The notes: generated by a model from the letters alone, not told the origin. Shown: positions 34,650-49,600, counted from the stretch's first letter. The stretch is DNA of 56,528 nt from a virus (IMGVR_UViG_3300046011_010468:1-56528); one strand, 5' to 3'. Numbers and translations are program-made.

Positions 34650-37600
34650 TTACAGGCTGGCGGCCTGGCGCACGAGGAGGGGGGCGCGTTGTTTGATGCG
34701 CTGGTATTCGCTGAGGGCGGTTTCGTAGAGTTGGCGGCTTTCGGGCGGGAGGGACTGGCGGAAGCGCTGGCGGGCGGTTTCGGCGGTGATGCCTGCTTTT
34801 TTGCTGCCGCCGATGAGAGCGGCGGGGTCGATGATGCTGAGGGTCTTGTTGACATCGCCTTCGGTTTCCATCGGGACGCCGAGTTCCTTGAGCTTGCGGA
34901 CGAGGTTCTTGATGGCGGTCGGGTTTGGCTCGTCCTGGGCGAGCTGGGCGACGAGGAGGCGTTTGGCGCGGCTGGTGACGGTGGTGCCGTAGTCGAAGCC
35001 GGGCTGGGCGTCGTAGCCGTTGGCGGCGCGGAAGTCGTCGGCCTGGCGGTAGAGGTTCGGGGCGGCGGATTTGACGTTCATGCCGAACACCGAGCGGATG
35101 ATGGTCTGCACGGGGTCGTAGGTGGCGAGGGTCTTGTTGACCTGCCGGGTGCCGGCGCGGGTGAGCGCTCCGCCTTCGCCAATGCCCACAGCGGCGGCGG
35201 CATCGGGTAGGAGCGGTGGCAGCAGGACGCCGGCGGCGTGCTGGGTGTAGGCTCCGAGCAGTTCGCGGGTGCTCATGTCGGCCTCGGTGAGGTGTCGGCC
35301 GGAGAAGGTGTCGCGATTGGTGATCCACGAGACGGCGAGATTGCCCACGGGGCCGGCGGCGGCGGTCTGACGCCAGAAGGTCTGCCAGGCGTTTTCCTTC
35401 TCCTCGAGTGGCACGATCTTCTGGCCGAGGAGATCGGCAAAGGGCATGATGGCGGAGATGTCGAACTGCTGGACCTGACCCTGGCCACTGCGCACGGGCA
35501 GGAGCATGGAGAACATGTGCAGGCCGCCGAGACCGAGGATGCCTTTGCCGCGACCGAAGAGGTCTTTTTTGATCTCGTCGCGGTCGTCGTCGTCCAAGCC
35601 CAGCAGCATGGCGCTGAGGGCGCTGATGGCAGCGGGGAAGGCCAAGGCGGCGCTCAGGGCGATGGGGCGCTCCTTGGCGGCGAGGCCGAGGATGCGGGTG
35701 GACTCGCGGAAGAAGGAGAAGAACGGGTTCACAAAGCGACCTGCAGCACGGGTGGTGGCGCTGCCGCCAAGGCGGTCGTAATACGGGAACCACTTTCTGA
35801 CATGGCCTGCGGCCATGGATGCTTGATCCTGGATGCTGGATGCTGGATTTTCAGAGGCGAAAGTGGCTTTTGCTTTGAGGTAGGCGGCGATCTTGTAGAA
35901 GTCGTCGGGGACGCGGCGGTATTCGGCGAGCTGCTCGTGGGTGGCGTGGAATTTGGCACCAAAGTCGAAGAACAGGCGCTGGATCAGGCCGGGGTTGAAG
36001 TTCTCGACGGTGGCGGCATCGGGCAGGAGGCCTTTGAGGCGTTCGCGCACGAGGCTGCTGTAGGCATCCCCACCGAGGACGCCGTGTTCGATGAGCTCGG
36101 CATACTGCGGGCCGCCCTTGCGCATGATTTCGAGGGCCTGGCGGTAGTAGGGCCAGTTGCCGGGGTTCATGATGTTGCTGCCGCCGAGGTAGGCGAAGAC
36201 GGTGTTGCCGACGGCATCGCGGATGTGGGAGCCGGGGTTCCAGACGAGCTTGCCGGACTTCCACTTGCGCAGGATGGCGTCGTAGAAGCGCAGGGCGGCA
36301 TTCGGCACGTCCATCTTGTCGAGGATCTGCGCGGCGATGTCTTTCTGCACGAATTTCCCAGCGAGCGGGCCGAAGCGGTCGTTGTCGGGAATCTCGGTGT
36401 ATCCCTGGAGCGACACGTCGCTGACCCATTCCTTGTTCTTGGCCGTCTCGTTGAGGAGTTCCATCGTCGCGGCGTTGTGCGTCTGGGCGAGCACGTAGCG
36501 GGCGATGGAGTAAACGGGGTCTTTGATCAGCTTCGGCGGGTCGAAGGGGTTTTCCTTCCGGTAGGTGGCTTTTTGGTGCTCGATGGCGGCCTTCACCATA
36601 CCGGCGAGGGCCGGGGAGAGCTTCTGCGGCGTGTCGAGGTCGGCACGGGTGAGCATGCCGATCTGACGGCGCACTTCGCGGCGCTGGGCGTGGTCGAGCG
36701 GGGCGAACATGGCCTGCATCGCCTTGTCGTTGCCGTGGCGCTCCTGGAGCATGTCGAGGGCCTGCCGGCGGATGAAGTCGGAGTAGAACGCATCGCGGGT
36801 GGCTGCATCGCGGAAGCGCCAAGCGTTGCGTCCGCCTTCCTGGCGGTTCACGGTGGGGTGCTGGCCGTCCTTCCCCTTGCGGGAGGTGTCCACGATGTGG
36901 AAGGCGGTGGTGCGCTGCTGCATCAGGTCTTTCACGCCGAGCTTGAAGGCGGCGAGCACGCTGCCGCCGGATTCCATGGCCTCGTCGAGCATGTAGCGGG
37001 GCATCCAGCCGTTGGCCTGGAGTTCCTCGAAGGTGTCCGGGTGCATGATGCCCTGGCGCACGAGTTCGGTGCCGGTGTCACGCAGCATCTGGCGCAGGCG
37101 GTTGCCGAGGGCCTGCATGGCGGGTGGCAGGCTGCTCATGGGGATCTTGTTCTCCATGGCGTCGAAGAGCTGCTCGCGGTAGGCGGGGTTCTCGGCGAAT
37201 TCCTTCGGGTAGGCGAGATCGGACAGGCGCGGGTTGCCGCTGAGGGCGCGGATGAGGTCGTTCGACTTCTCAGCTCCCCAGGCGGCCTTGCGTTGCATCT
37301 CGTGGCTGAGGGCCAGCCATTCACGCGGCATCATGGCCGTGGGCAGGAGTTGATCGACCACGACGTTTTTGGCCCAGGCACCGAGGCCGGCGGGCTGGTT
37401 CAGCCATGCGGCGACGGCATCGGGGGCTTTGCGGATGTCCTTGCCGGAGACGCGCAGGAAGCCCTGGGCGATGGCGTTGCCGGCCTTCGCGGCGGCAGCG
37501 GCGTCGAGTTCGCCGAGCTGGGTGCCGAGTTTCGCGAGGGCTTGGTTGCCGGGGAGGTAGCGGCCGGTGTTGGTCACAGCGGCGATGGTCTGGCCGACGG

Positions 37601-40600
37601 CTTTGGGGATGAGGTTCGCGGCTTGGCCGAGGCCGGTGACGGTGCGATCGAGGGCGCGGGCAGCGGTTTCGACGCGGGGGGAGGCGAAGAGGGTTTGCCA
37701 GTTTTGAGCCTCATCGCTTTGGTCCCATTCGGCAGGATCGTTGCCGTAGTTTGGCGGAAGGATTTCGGTGGGGGTGAGTTCTTTGAGGACGCGGTAATCG
37801 CTGCCAAGCACGGGTTCATTGTCTTCGCCTTCATCGACCACGGTGCCGGTGACGAGGTAGATGTGCCGGTCGTGACGTCCGATTAAGGCGTCGAGTGACG
37901 GCTCAGTTCCGTACGATGTGGCAAACTGCCAACGCCCATTTTCCCAGGTGATGGGGAAGGTGCTGATGCCTTTTTCGTAACGTGGGCGGTCTGGGGTGGA
38001 CGTGATGAAGTTCTGCGAACGTCCGCTGGCGGGTGGAATGCCGAAGCGAATGTAAAGTCCTTGGATAGCACGAGGGAAGCGGTCGGCCTTTTTCTTGGCC
38101 TCCCATTCTGCGTCGGAAAGCTGCATGGCTTCGGCGCGTCGGGCGTCTATTTCTTCGGGTGGGGCTTTGAAAAAGGCCTCGTCTGCGATCTCGCGTTTTT
38201 TGCGCAGGTCGATGGCTTCCAGCGCGGCAGCATCGGCTTTGGCAACAGCGTCTTGCCATTCGGCGACACGGGCACGGACGAAGGCGGCATCTGTGGGTTT
38301 GGTGATGCCAGTATCAGGTTGGCGCTTTGAGGATGGCAGCGGCATTGTGTCACCGAGCTCCTTGGCGATCTTGGCAACCTGCTCCTTGGTGACGGGCTGG
38401 GTGGTGTCGTGGTGGGTGAGCCACTGCTTGAGGACGGCGGTGGTGGTGGGGACGGCTTTGCCGAGGCCGGTGACGGTTTTGTCGAGGGCGCGAGCGGCGA
38501 GTTCGGCGCGGGGGGAGGCGGGGAGGCTGGATGCTTGATCCTGGATGCTGGATGCTGGGGAGGTGGTGGCTTTCGCCAGCGTGCCACCGTCACGCATGGC
38601 GTCGGTGACGATGAAGGGGATAGTATCGACCGACAAAACTGCGCCCGTTTCGGTGTCTTGAATCCAGTTGGAGGGTTTGGTGTCGGCAAGGCCGATGAGG
38701 AGGTCTTCTTTGGGGTGAGGCTTGGTCCAGTAGCCTTTCTCCTGTTTCCAGCCTGCGGGGGTGAGGTCTGGCGCTGCGGCGGGGTGTGTCCCTTCAATGT
38801 AGGGCTGTGAGATGACGATGGAAGGACCAGCGGCGTTTTCGAGAATGCCCTCGAAGCGAGTGTCGTCGTCGAGCATTTCGTTGTGAAGTGCCCAGCGGTC
38901 GAAGTATTCGGAGGGCAGGGCGTCGTCTTCCATGACGCGGGTGGTGCCGTCACGAAGCAGCAAGGCGCGGCGGGTAAGGCCGCTCAAGCCTGGGTAGGTG
39001 ACTTTGAAAATCCGGCGCACGTCTTCGGCGGCGGGTTCATAGACACGGTGTTCTCCACGAGAGTCTTTTTCAGGTCCAAGCCGTGACGGATCAAAAATCA
39101 ATTCTTGTTCTTTAGCCCAGCGGGTGAGGCGTTGGTATTCCTCGGCAATGGCTGCTCGGTTTCCGTGGAGAGTCGCGCTTGGCGGTTGCGAGCGATACCC
39201 GCGCCGATTTGTGCCGAGGATAATCCGCGAGATGAATTCAGGCGAATTTGCAGAGCTTGCTCGCGTGTCAGAGGTTGTCCGTTGGCGTCGATCATCGGGA
39301 GAAATGTTACCATCGTTTAACGAAGATTCAACACGCTTCGTCGCCATGAACAAGCGGTCGGAGCGGTCGCCGAGGGATTTGGCGCGGGCGGCGGTGTCCA
39401 GACGAGGAGACGCGGAGAGTGGGAGACTGGGAGACTGGGAGATTTCAGACTGCAGATACTCCATTTGTGCGGTGGCCCAGGCTGGACGCGTGGAGGCATC
39501 CGGGAAGTCGGCGAGCAGGTTATCGAGATCGGTCTGGAGTTCAGCGAGCGGCACGCTTGATGCGGTGGCGTCGTTGTGGATCTGCTGGAGTTGCTGCGGG
39601 GTGTGTTGCTGGCGAATGCGCTGCCATGCTGCCTCCTCCTGCGGGATCAGCACGCGCAGTTGCTCGGCGTCCTGCTTGGCTTTTTGCCGGACGGATGGCG
39701 AGACAGCGCGGTTGTTGACCAGGGTGTTGGCGTTGGCGAGCGAGACTTTGAGCCCGTCGATGTAATTGGTGGCGATGCCTTGTTTGGCGCTGGGGGCCAG
39801 CATGAGCGCCCAGGCGTTCTGCGCGGTGATCTGGGGTTGGCGGTTGCTGGCGGCGAGGGCGCGGGAGCCTGCGGCCAGAGGGTAGTGCGCGAGCATGAGG
39901 TCGAGTGGGACGACCTTGTTGTTGGGGGTGAGGTTGAAGTTGGCGGGGCGGGCGTCTGCGGCGATGATCTGCTCCTGGGGGTGCCAGTAGGTGGTGCCTT
40001 CCATGCGGTCGTCACGGAAGGTGGTGCCGGTCATTTCTTCGAGCGGCTCGAAGCCGATGGAGGCCATATAGGCGTCGATCTGCTTTTGGGTGACGGGGAT
40101 TTTTTTGCCGTCGGCGTCGCGTTTGGATTCGACGAAGGGCTGAGTGGTGATGATGACGGGGTAGGCGGCTTCGTCGGTGGTTTCGACGCCGTGGGCCTGC
40201 CAGTCGATGCCGGTGAGGCGGGAGAAGAGGGCGAGGCGGTAGAGGTATTCCGCCGGCGTGGCCTCGCGCATTTTAAGGCGGCGGAATTCGCCGGTGATGC
40301 CGGGGGCGACGTCCTCCGTGGGGACGTAGCCGTAGAGTCCGGGCAGGGTGATCTTCGTGACTTGCTTGTCGTCGTCGGAGATATAGACGGCGTGCTCTCC
40401 GCCGGAGTCTAGGTGGAGGCCGAATTGATTCTGGCGTTGCGGCTCCTGAGCCACTTCGCGAAGCGCTTCTTGTTGTGCGCTTTGATCTTCGGCGATTCGT
40501 CGCTGGTCAAAGCGTCGATTCGGGCGAGACGCTGTCTCTCCTCCGAACTGGTCGGCCAGGGATTGCCTTTGGCGAAAGTCTTCAGAGCTTCGGCGGGGCT

Positions 40601-43600
40601 CATTGGTGTGGGTCCATCGGGAGGGGTCGTTGGCATGGGGGAAGATAGCACGGAGTGCGGTGATTTGCGAGGGGTTTGAGCGGGAGGAAGACGCAAGTCC
40701 AGGGCGGACAGCGTCACTGGCGTTTTCGGCGAAGCGTTGACCAGCGCGGATGACGGCGTTGGTGAGAGTGAGGTTGGACTGATTGGGGTCAAGGTTGATG
40801 ATTTGAGCGTAACGGCGTAGGCGCTCTGGATCGCGAAGCAGTTCTTTGCGTGCTTTGGCGAGGCTGGTTTCATCCAGCCATCCCAGAGCACGAACGGCTT
40901 TGAGGTCTTCGTAGCGGTCTTCCTGAGTCAAACGGTCCGAAGACGCCAGCGGGACCATCATGTCGGTGGACATGATGCCGGAGGCGTTGCGGAGTTTGAA
41001 GGGGCCGGCGGCTTCGACGGTGGTGGCGGACTCGGGCGGGGAGAGGAGGACGGTGCCGGCGTCGTCGGCGGCCTTCACGCTGCGCATGAAGGCGGCGGGG
41101 GTGATGACCGGGTTCTGGGCGTTGAAAGCGTCCCAGACGCGTCGGATGGGGAGCCATTGGCTGCTCTGGCCGCGTTGGGCTGCGGTGAAGGCGCGTTGGA
41201 GCAGGGTGAAGGCAGCAGCGGGGGAGTCGATGAGGGCGGAGATGCCCTGGCCGGGGCGGCTGGTGGCTGGCGGCTGGTTGCTGGATGCTGGGCGGAAGAA
41301 CGCGGCGCTGGCTCCGAGGGTGGTGGGCGCGAGGGCGCGTTCGAGGGGGAGGCGCTGGCGGTTGGAGGCGTAAACGGCATCATTTTCCACTTCCGCCAGA
41401 GCGGTGGAGAGAGGTTCAGGAAGCGTTCCTGGGGTCTTTTCTGCAACGTATTCCGCCATGAGCTGGCTGTTGGCGGAGCGGTGGATTTGCTTGAGAGTGT
41501 GGGCAGAAAGAGAGGGGTGTCGCGCTTGAAGGGCCGGTAGCGAGGCACCATGCAGATTGATTAAGTGGTTCCAGACGGTGTTAGCGGCTGCCGCCGGTTT
41601 GGACTGGAGGGCTTTTGCCAACTCTTGAATCAAGGGGTGGTCGCCGTTGTCCGTCTCCTCTTCACCTGCTCCAAAGGGGATAAAATCATCGTCATTCTGG
41701 CGTGGGAGCATGTCGCGCAGTTTGTATGCACGGGCGACGGGCTGTCCCACAGCAGCGGTGATGCGCTCTTGCAATGGCTCCCAAATGGAGGATTTCCAGT
41801 TTTGGAGAGGTTTTTGCAGCAGGGATTCTTGCAATTTCCCGACGGCAACCGCCGGTAGGACGGCCTGGTTGACGAGCTGTTCGAGTCCGAGAATTTTCTG
41901 CCGCCAGTCGGGGGTGGTTTTGGGGTCGAAGTCGGACGGGTGTCCGACCAATGAGTCGTAGCCTAAAAAGGCCGGAGGAAGGACACCGAAAAGCCCACGG
42001 AGATCAAAACTGACGATGCCTGTGACTTGTGTGAGGGCTGGGATTTGGTCGAGACGTGTGATCGTGATATTGCCACGCACGGTTTCGAGGGCTGGCAGCG
42101 TCATGTCGTCTTGAAGTTCAACGTTGCCCTGAATGAGCTTGATGTTGGGTCCAACAATGGAGGATGAGTAAGCAAGGTCGATGTAACGGCGGTCGTTGGT
42201 TTTCACTGCTTGCCCTTCCTCAAATCCATCGTTGTCGTAGGGCGACCAGTCGTATGGTTGCAGGGCGGCCGCATCGGCGGCATAAGTGCCGTCGGCAAGC
42301 TTGATAAATCCTTTGGCATCCCAGGTGGCACCTGGAGCGGGTGCGACGGGGATGGACGCGAGGAAGCGGGCGCGGTCATCGGCGATTTTTTGCAACTCCT
42401 CGGCTGCGCGGCGGCTGTTCTCGATGGTGTATTCGAGGGTGCGACGAGTGCGGGGACTGTCGGACTGGACGGCGTAGTTTTCGACCTCGGGGAGGTATTC
42501 GAGGGGGATGCTGCCGTTGTTGCTGGCGGACTGGACTTCGACCACGTCGTCGCCAACGAAGCGGAGGGCGAGGAGAGAGGTACCGTTTTTGCGATAGACG
42601 GCCATTTTCCCCTGCTGGGCGTAGGTGCGGGCCAGGCCTCGGCTGGTGCACCAGTTGGGGTGGCTGAGGGCTTCCCAGGTGGCGAAGATGGCATCCTGCT
42701 CGGTCTGGGTGGCTCCGGCGGGGATCTGCGGGAGGGTCATCCATTCCCCGCCTTCGAGTCCTTCGACGGTCTGGGCGGCGTGGCGGGTGCGCAGGGCGAT
42801 CTCGGCGGCGGCTTTGGCGTGCTGCTGGTAGTGCTCCAGCATGGCGGGCAGGCTGTGCAGCTTGCCTTCGTTCCAGGCGGTGCGTGTTTCAGCGACGGCG
42901 ACGGGGTAGAGCGTGACGGGGAATGCCACGGTGCTCTTGGTGAGGTCGGCCATCGTGGCCCGGAGCATGGCGGACTGGAAGAAGGGATCGTCGGCGTGGG
43001 CACCGGCGAGGTAGTCGGCATTGGCGGCGGTGACGGCGCGGTGCTGCTCCTGGAGCTTTGGCAGCAGGAGTTCGGCGAGTTTTTGCGGGTCGTTGCCGTG
43101 CTGGCGGCGCAGCTCACGCAGGGCGGGATTGCCCTGGTTGTTGGGGTCGGCGAGGGTGCTGCTGACGTAGGGCAGCGCATCGGTGAGCGGGGTGCCGAGG
43201 GTGTTGGTGAGCTCAAAGTCGGACATCGCGGCGTTTTTCAGCGCGTCGAGCGTGGGGTAGCGGTTCCAGTCGATCCAGCGCCCGAGGTCGGCCATGATGA
43301 TCCAGTTGGCGTCTCCGCCGGCGGCCTTGTAACGCTCCACCTTGCGGTTGGCGGCGGCGAGGCGGGTGTGGTAGGATTCGGTGGTGGGCTGGAGGGCGCG
43401 GCTGAGGGGGAGACGCTCGGAGGCGAAGAGGGCCATCTGTCCGGTTGCCTCGTCTTCCATTTCCTTCTGCTTGCTGCGGATGATGGAGGTGAGGCGGTTG
43501 CGGTCTTGGCTTGAAAGTAGGCCGAGGGCGGTTTCGAGGCTGACGGTGTGGATGCCGTCCGGTTTGCGCACTTTGAAGAGGTGGACGATGGCACGGCCAG

Positions 43601-46600
43601 TCTGTCCGTTGGTAATGGCGTTGTTCCAGTCGCTGACACGCTGCGACTGCATGCCACCAATGGGTTTGGATGCCCAAGAGTAGGAGAGGATGTCGCCAAA
43701 CGGTGCCTTGAACGGTGGGTCAAAGTTCATCGACTCACGGGCACGGCGCGGTGCGGAGGCTAAAGCGCCGGGTTCCTCCATTAAGCCGTACTCTGAAAAG
43801 CTGAAATGGCGCTCCTGGCTGTGAGTCATGGCGTCTGCAAAGACTAATCCTATGGATTGGGACTGCTCGCGCAATCGACGGACGATTTGACGTTGCTGGG
43901 GAGTCGGCGCGGCGGCATTGCTTTGATCTTCCTGCACGACGTTGGTCGTTTCTAAAGTGGCGGGGAAACCCAGGGTGAAGGCATAGCCTCCTTCGCGGGC
44001 GGAGCCGAGAACGATGCGCTGGAATAACTGGGGCAGCGTGACGCTGGTGGGGATGCGCTCCACGGCGCGGAGTGCGAGGCGCGTGTCGAGGTAGAGGACG
44101 TGGTAGTGGTCAGGGTCCGCAGTGCGCAGGGTTTGCAGGTAGGGCAGTGTCTTGTCTGGGGCGTTAAGGAAAATGGAAGTTTTTAGACTGCCTGAGGGCA
44201 GGGCTTCGTAGTCGGCGACGTTGTCTTGGAACGGCGCGGTCGGCGTGGGCAGCACAGGCAGTTTGGGCTTACTGCTGCGTGTGGGTCGTTGGTCGATGCT
44301 GTCGTCGATGCTGCTAAAGATCATGCCTGACTCGCGGAAGCTGAAATAGCGTTCCCCGTTGGTCACCACATGGTCAATCAATGGCAGGCCGATGTTTTCA
44401 CCCATGGCAAGCAAGCGGCGTGTGACGCGGCGGTCGGCATCGCTGGGGCTTGGATCGCCGGAGGGATGGTTGTGGGCAATGATCCAGCCGGTCAGTTTGG
44501 ACTTGGGGTTGAGCATCCGGGCGGTGGCGATGATGCCGGCGATGACTTTGGGATCGGCGATGGCTTCATTGAGTCCGCCGACATGCACGATCTGGCTGTG
44601 AACCACCTGATTGGCGGCGTCCAGGATGGCAATTTTGAGGCTTTCAAAGTAGGGCGTGCGGACGGCCAGATTGAACGCGGCGAAATCTGCGGCGTTTTCG
44701 ATGATGGCACCACGGATGTCGAACCTGGGGATGCCACGCGAGATGAAATCATGGAGCAGGCTGGAGAAGGAATCAGACTCACGGAACGCCTCTTTGAGGG
44801 CGTCCACGTCTTGATCCATCAGCCCTCGCCATGTCCGTTGAGCGCGTTCTCGCAGGGCATCGAGTTTCCCGGCATTACCCACACTTCCACCGCTGGCGGG
44901 TAGCTCGTAGGGCTCGGTGCTGGCGGCGGCGGCACGAATGGCACGCTTGGCGGTGGGTTGCTTGCTGGCAGGGACGTTGACATTGGGGAGGTCGAGATAG
45001 CCTTGGATGGCAGACTCGGCGAGGCGCGAGGCGGAGGAGAGAGAGAGCTGCTCATAGCTGGGTGCTAGAGTGTCTTGATTCCCTTGGCCTTGCACTCGGC
45101 CTTCATTTGCTGCTTCATTATTTCGTTGAGTCGCTCGCGCTCGCGCATGTGCTCTGGCAGCGTCGAGTAGTCGAACGGCTTGGCGTGCGTCGCCGGTGGC
45201 AATGCGCTCGGCTTTGTTGAACCATTGCTTGTAGCTGTCATGGAAAAGACCATACACCAATTCGGTCGTTTCATCAAGTGGGGTGTCGGTGAGCGTGGCG
45301 ATTTTTTCGCTCAGGCGCTCGATGTCACGCGGGCTGGTGACACGCAGTTCGGTGGCGGTCAAAGTGGCGACTCCGGCGACTGGGATGCCGTTATCCTCCA
45401 GTAGGCGGCGCATCGCCATCCAGCTTTCGCCGGTGTTATGCACGTCTTCGACGAGGTAGATCGGGCCGATGGCTTGGCGTAGGGCGTCAAAATCTGGGCC
45501 GGGGATGTAACCGACCGGGTCTTCCATTTTGGCCCAAAAGCTGGTTTTTTTCTTGGCCTCCGTGCGGGCAGTGGCACTGGCGACGCGTCCCGTCTGGACG
45601 GTGGCACCTTGTTGCTCGGCGATGCGCTGGGCCAGCACGTCGGGCAGGATGTTGCGGCCACTGGTGCTGGGCATGGGTAGCAGCACGGCGTTGGCGGGGA
45701 TGTCGGCAAAGGCGGCGGGCTTGTAGAAACGGTCCACGATGTCATCCGCCATGGCGCGAGGGAAGCCGGCGGCGGTCCATGCGTCCTTGGCCGTGCGGAG
45801 TGTGGTCACGTCACGCGAGGAGGTCAGGATCGGCGTGCGACCGGAGGCGAAGAGGGTGCCGAGGATGGTGGCCGGGGTGCTGCGCACGGGCATCTTGGCG
45901 CGGATGGCCTCGGCCAGCGCGGAGTAGAAGCCGGGTTCGACGTGCTCGACGGTGCGGTTGCTGGCTTTGAGCGCACCGAGGGGTTTCTGGCCGGGGCGGG
46001 TTTCGCGGAGGAGGACGACCCAGTCGTCGGGGGCACCTTTGACATACACGCTGTCGTAGCCGGACTCCATGAGGAGCTTGGTGAGGATGTCGCCGGCGAG
46101 TTGGGCGTCCCACTTCCCTTTGCCGAGGTTGTGAGCGTGCTGGGCGGCGTATTTGCTGGCCTGGAGCCATGGGGAGTCCTTGGCGGCGTCGATGGGCTGG
46201 TCGAGGTCTTCGGACTCCTGGAGGAGGTAGAGGTCGTCGTTGATGACGAGGAACGGCGTGGCGGGTTCAGGGAATGAGATGCGCTGGACCTTGCCAAACA
46301 CAGCGGCTTCCTGCTGCTTGCGCATGAGGTAGATGCCGTTGCCTTCGGTGTTGCCGAATCCGTTGTCCTTGCCGGGGGTGATCACGCCACGGTAGCCGAT
46401 GAGGTCGTTGTTGCTCAGGCTGGCCGACCATTCGCCGAAGAGTTCAGGGAGCGGCGTGGGTGCGGGAAGCGTGGGCTTTTTGAGGCCGGGGTAGGTGGGG
46501 CCGGTGGGCTTGCGATTCGCGGCAGCGAGGGGCTGGCCGGTGGCCGGGTGAACGCGGCGGGATGCTTGGAGGGCCTCGGGCAGGGTGTTGCCGTCTTCGT

Positions 46601-49600
46601 CGAAGCTGTCGCTGAGGTCGCGGTAGAACTGGCGCTGGCGGTCCCTTTCGGCGGCTTCGAGTTCATCGAGGGTCATCGCCTCTTCGCTGTCGTCGATGCC
46701 GGCCTCGGCCATCATTTCGCGGTCGCGCTCATTGGCGGCCTCGCGGTCGGCTTCGAGTTCAGCGGCGAGTTCAGCCCGCTCTACTGGGTCAGGGAGCGGC
46801 TCGCTGAGGAGCTTGTCGTAGGCTGGAGCGAAGGTGTCGGTTTTTTTGTCTAGCGCAGGCGTGCGAGGCGCGGATCGTTGGTCCGCTCCCACAGGGCGAG
46901 GACTTCCTCCGGCGGCGTTTCCTCGTGGTAGTTGAGCGGCGTTCTGGCGCTGCTGTAGTGCCATGCGAGCAGCCTCGGGTTGAGCTTCTGCCGCAGATCG
47001 GGCGGCCAGTTTGAGGCGGGGGTCGAGGTTGCCTGAATGACTTGTTCCTGGGTAAGCACCACGCTGTAGAGCGCTGAAAGCCCGTCCTGGAGTGACAGTT
47101 GAGATTCTGTGAGGGCGGAGTTCACCGGTGTTGGGGTTGAAGTTGTAGGCGACGAGTTCAGGGGTGTCGCCTTTGCGTCCCTGGCGGGCGATCTTGACGA
47201 CGGTGGCTCCGCGAAGGCGGAGGGCGACGGCGGCGGAATCATCCCATTCATTGGTGAGCACGAACTTAGCACCAGACTGCCACGCAGGCAAGACGAAGGA
47301 ATCGAACAAGCGCAGCAGATCGTCCGGGGTGCGGATGTCGGTGGTGGAGTCGTAGTTGCTGGTGCCTTTGCGTACGGGCTGGCCGGTGGCGGTGTCGATG
47401 AGGACGCGGCCGTTTTCCGTCTCGGGCACGCCGAAGTAGGGCGGATCGATGACGAAGCCAATGCCGGGGTTCTCACGGGCGAGGCGCGGTAGGAGCGTCC
47501 AGGAGTTGGCGCTGTGGACGGTTTTGCCAACGAACACTTGATGGTAGTCGCGGATCAGTTTCTCGATGTTCTTGGCGCGGTCGGAGGTGTGCCAGTCCCA
47601 GTCGTCGAACAAACCGGTAAAGGGTTCGTTGAGGTTGCCAGCGGCGTCGAGGTCGAGCGAGATGCTATTGTCTGACAGCATCTCGGCGGCGACGTAGAGA
47701 CCGGTGGTGGCGGGGTCGTCACGGGCAGGGATGGGGCCGGGGTGCTCGGCCTTGGGCGGCGCAAACATGGAGGTCTGGCCGGAGCGGGTTTCGAGCAGGT
47801 GCTTGTCCCATGCCTGGGCGGCGCTGACCTTCTGCGCGTAGGCGGCGAGGTCGAAGCCTGCGGGCAGGGCTTGATACATGCCGATCATGACGCGGGCCTT
47901 GAGGCCATGAACCCGGGCAAAGTGGCGGGCCTTGGCGGCGAATTCTTCGGCGGTGTAGTCCTTGTCCTTGAGGCTGGTCTGGTAGCCGGAGAGGGCGCGT
48001 TTGCGGATGGTGCTCCATGCGGCGTCGCTGATGGCGCTGTGGTCGAGGCCGTTGATGAAGCCGGCGAAGGCTTTCATGGCGGCGGGGAAGTCGGTGGAGC
48101 CGGTGACGGCATCGCGGGCGGCTTCCTGGACGCGTTTCAGATCCTCGATGCCAGCGCGGGCACCACGGGCGAGGGTTTCGACCTGGGCGGGGTCGGTGAC
48201 CTGCCGCAGGAAGGAGGCACGCCACGGGGAATACTCGGAGGCATGGCCGCCGGGTTTACCGAGTCCGGCTTTGTGGATGTATTGCGTGACCGTGCCGGTG
48301 CCGAAGAACATGTCGCCAATGGCGGCGGCATGGCGGGCGAGGGCGGCGATGGCGCGGTTGTAGATGCCACGGGCGAGCAGGGAGGACTTGCCGCCCTGGA
48401 TGTTGACGGGCTTGGCGGCGTCGAGGTCGCCTTTGGCGATGAGGGGTGCGGCGGGAAGTTGCTCGTCCTCGGGATGGGCGTTCCAGCCTGCATCCATGCG
48501 CTCCTCGGGCGTGTCCGGCATGGCGGGCGCGTCGGGGGCTGGGGGCACGGCGAAGATGGAGGGGGCGTCTGCAGTCGCGTCGTTTTCTCCCAAGGCGGCG
48601 AGATCGGCTGCTGCAGATGCGGCGTTGTCGGTCTGATTGGGTGGCGGTGCGGTGATGCCGACGATCTGGTCGAGCAGGGCTGGATCGATGGCGGCGTCGC
48701 GGGCGGCGAGGTCCGGTGGCATTTCGCCGTAGCGGCGCTCGATCTTGGGGTCGTAGGTGCGGTTGGCGTCGGCTTCCTCGGCGTGGGTGGCCTCGGGCAG
48801 GCCTCGCTCGTTCATCACCGTGTTGTAGGCATTGCGCAGGTGGATGCGGCGGAGCTTGCGGAAGGTTTCGGGGCTGAGGTCGGTGGAGGCGAAGCGCAGG
48901 AGATCGGTCAGGGTGCGCAGCTTGTTCTCGTCGAGAGCGTCCTCGACGTAGGACGAGGCGGCGTCGCGGGTGCGGTTGGAGGCGGCGAGGCCTTCGCCTT
49001 CGGGGATGAACCGGGCGGTGTTGATGAACTGGTATTCCAGACCGCGCTCGATGGCGGTGTCGCGCACGGCTTGTCGTTGCGCGAGGGTCATGGAGCGGGT
49101 GTGGTCGGCGTAAATGAAGCCGTCGTCACGATCTACCTCGATGCGGACAATGCCTGCCTCTTGAAGGTGCCAGCCTTGGAGTGGTTCGCCGTCAGGATCA
49201 TAGGAGACAAGTTCAGAGTGTTCATCCACAGGCGCGAACTGGCCATCGGGGAACAACCATGCTTTTTCGCCTTTGAATTCGCGAGTGAGGGGCGCATCGA
49301 CCTGCTTGAGGGTCATCGCTCGGACCTGACTGGCGGTGAGGCGGGGGGATGCTTCGAGGCTGAGGATGTCACTGGAGTCGAGGTTGCGGTGGCGGGCGCT
49401 GTAGGATTCTGGGGGGAGTTTGAGTCCGCGCTGCTCGACGTGGTCGAGGGCTTCTTCGCGGGAGAGGAACTTCCCCTCGTCGGTGGTGACGTAGCCGAAG
49501 TCGTCGAAACCACTGCCACGGCTGTCCATCCATTCTTCGAGGGCGTATTTCCCGGCTTTGACCTGATAGGGGTCGTTGCGGCGCTGCTGGGGTGTGTAGA

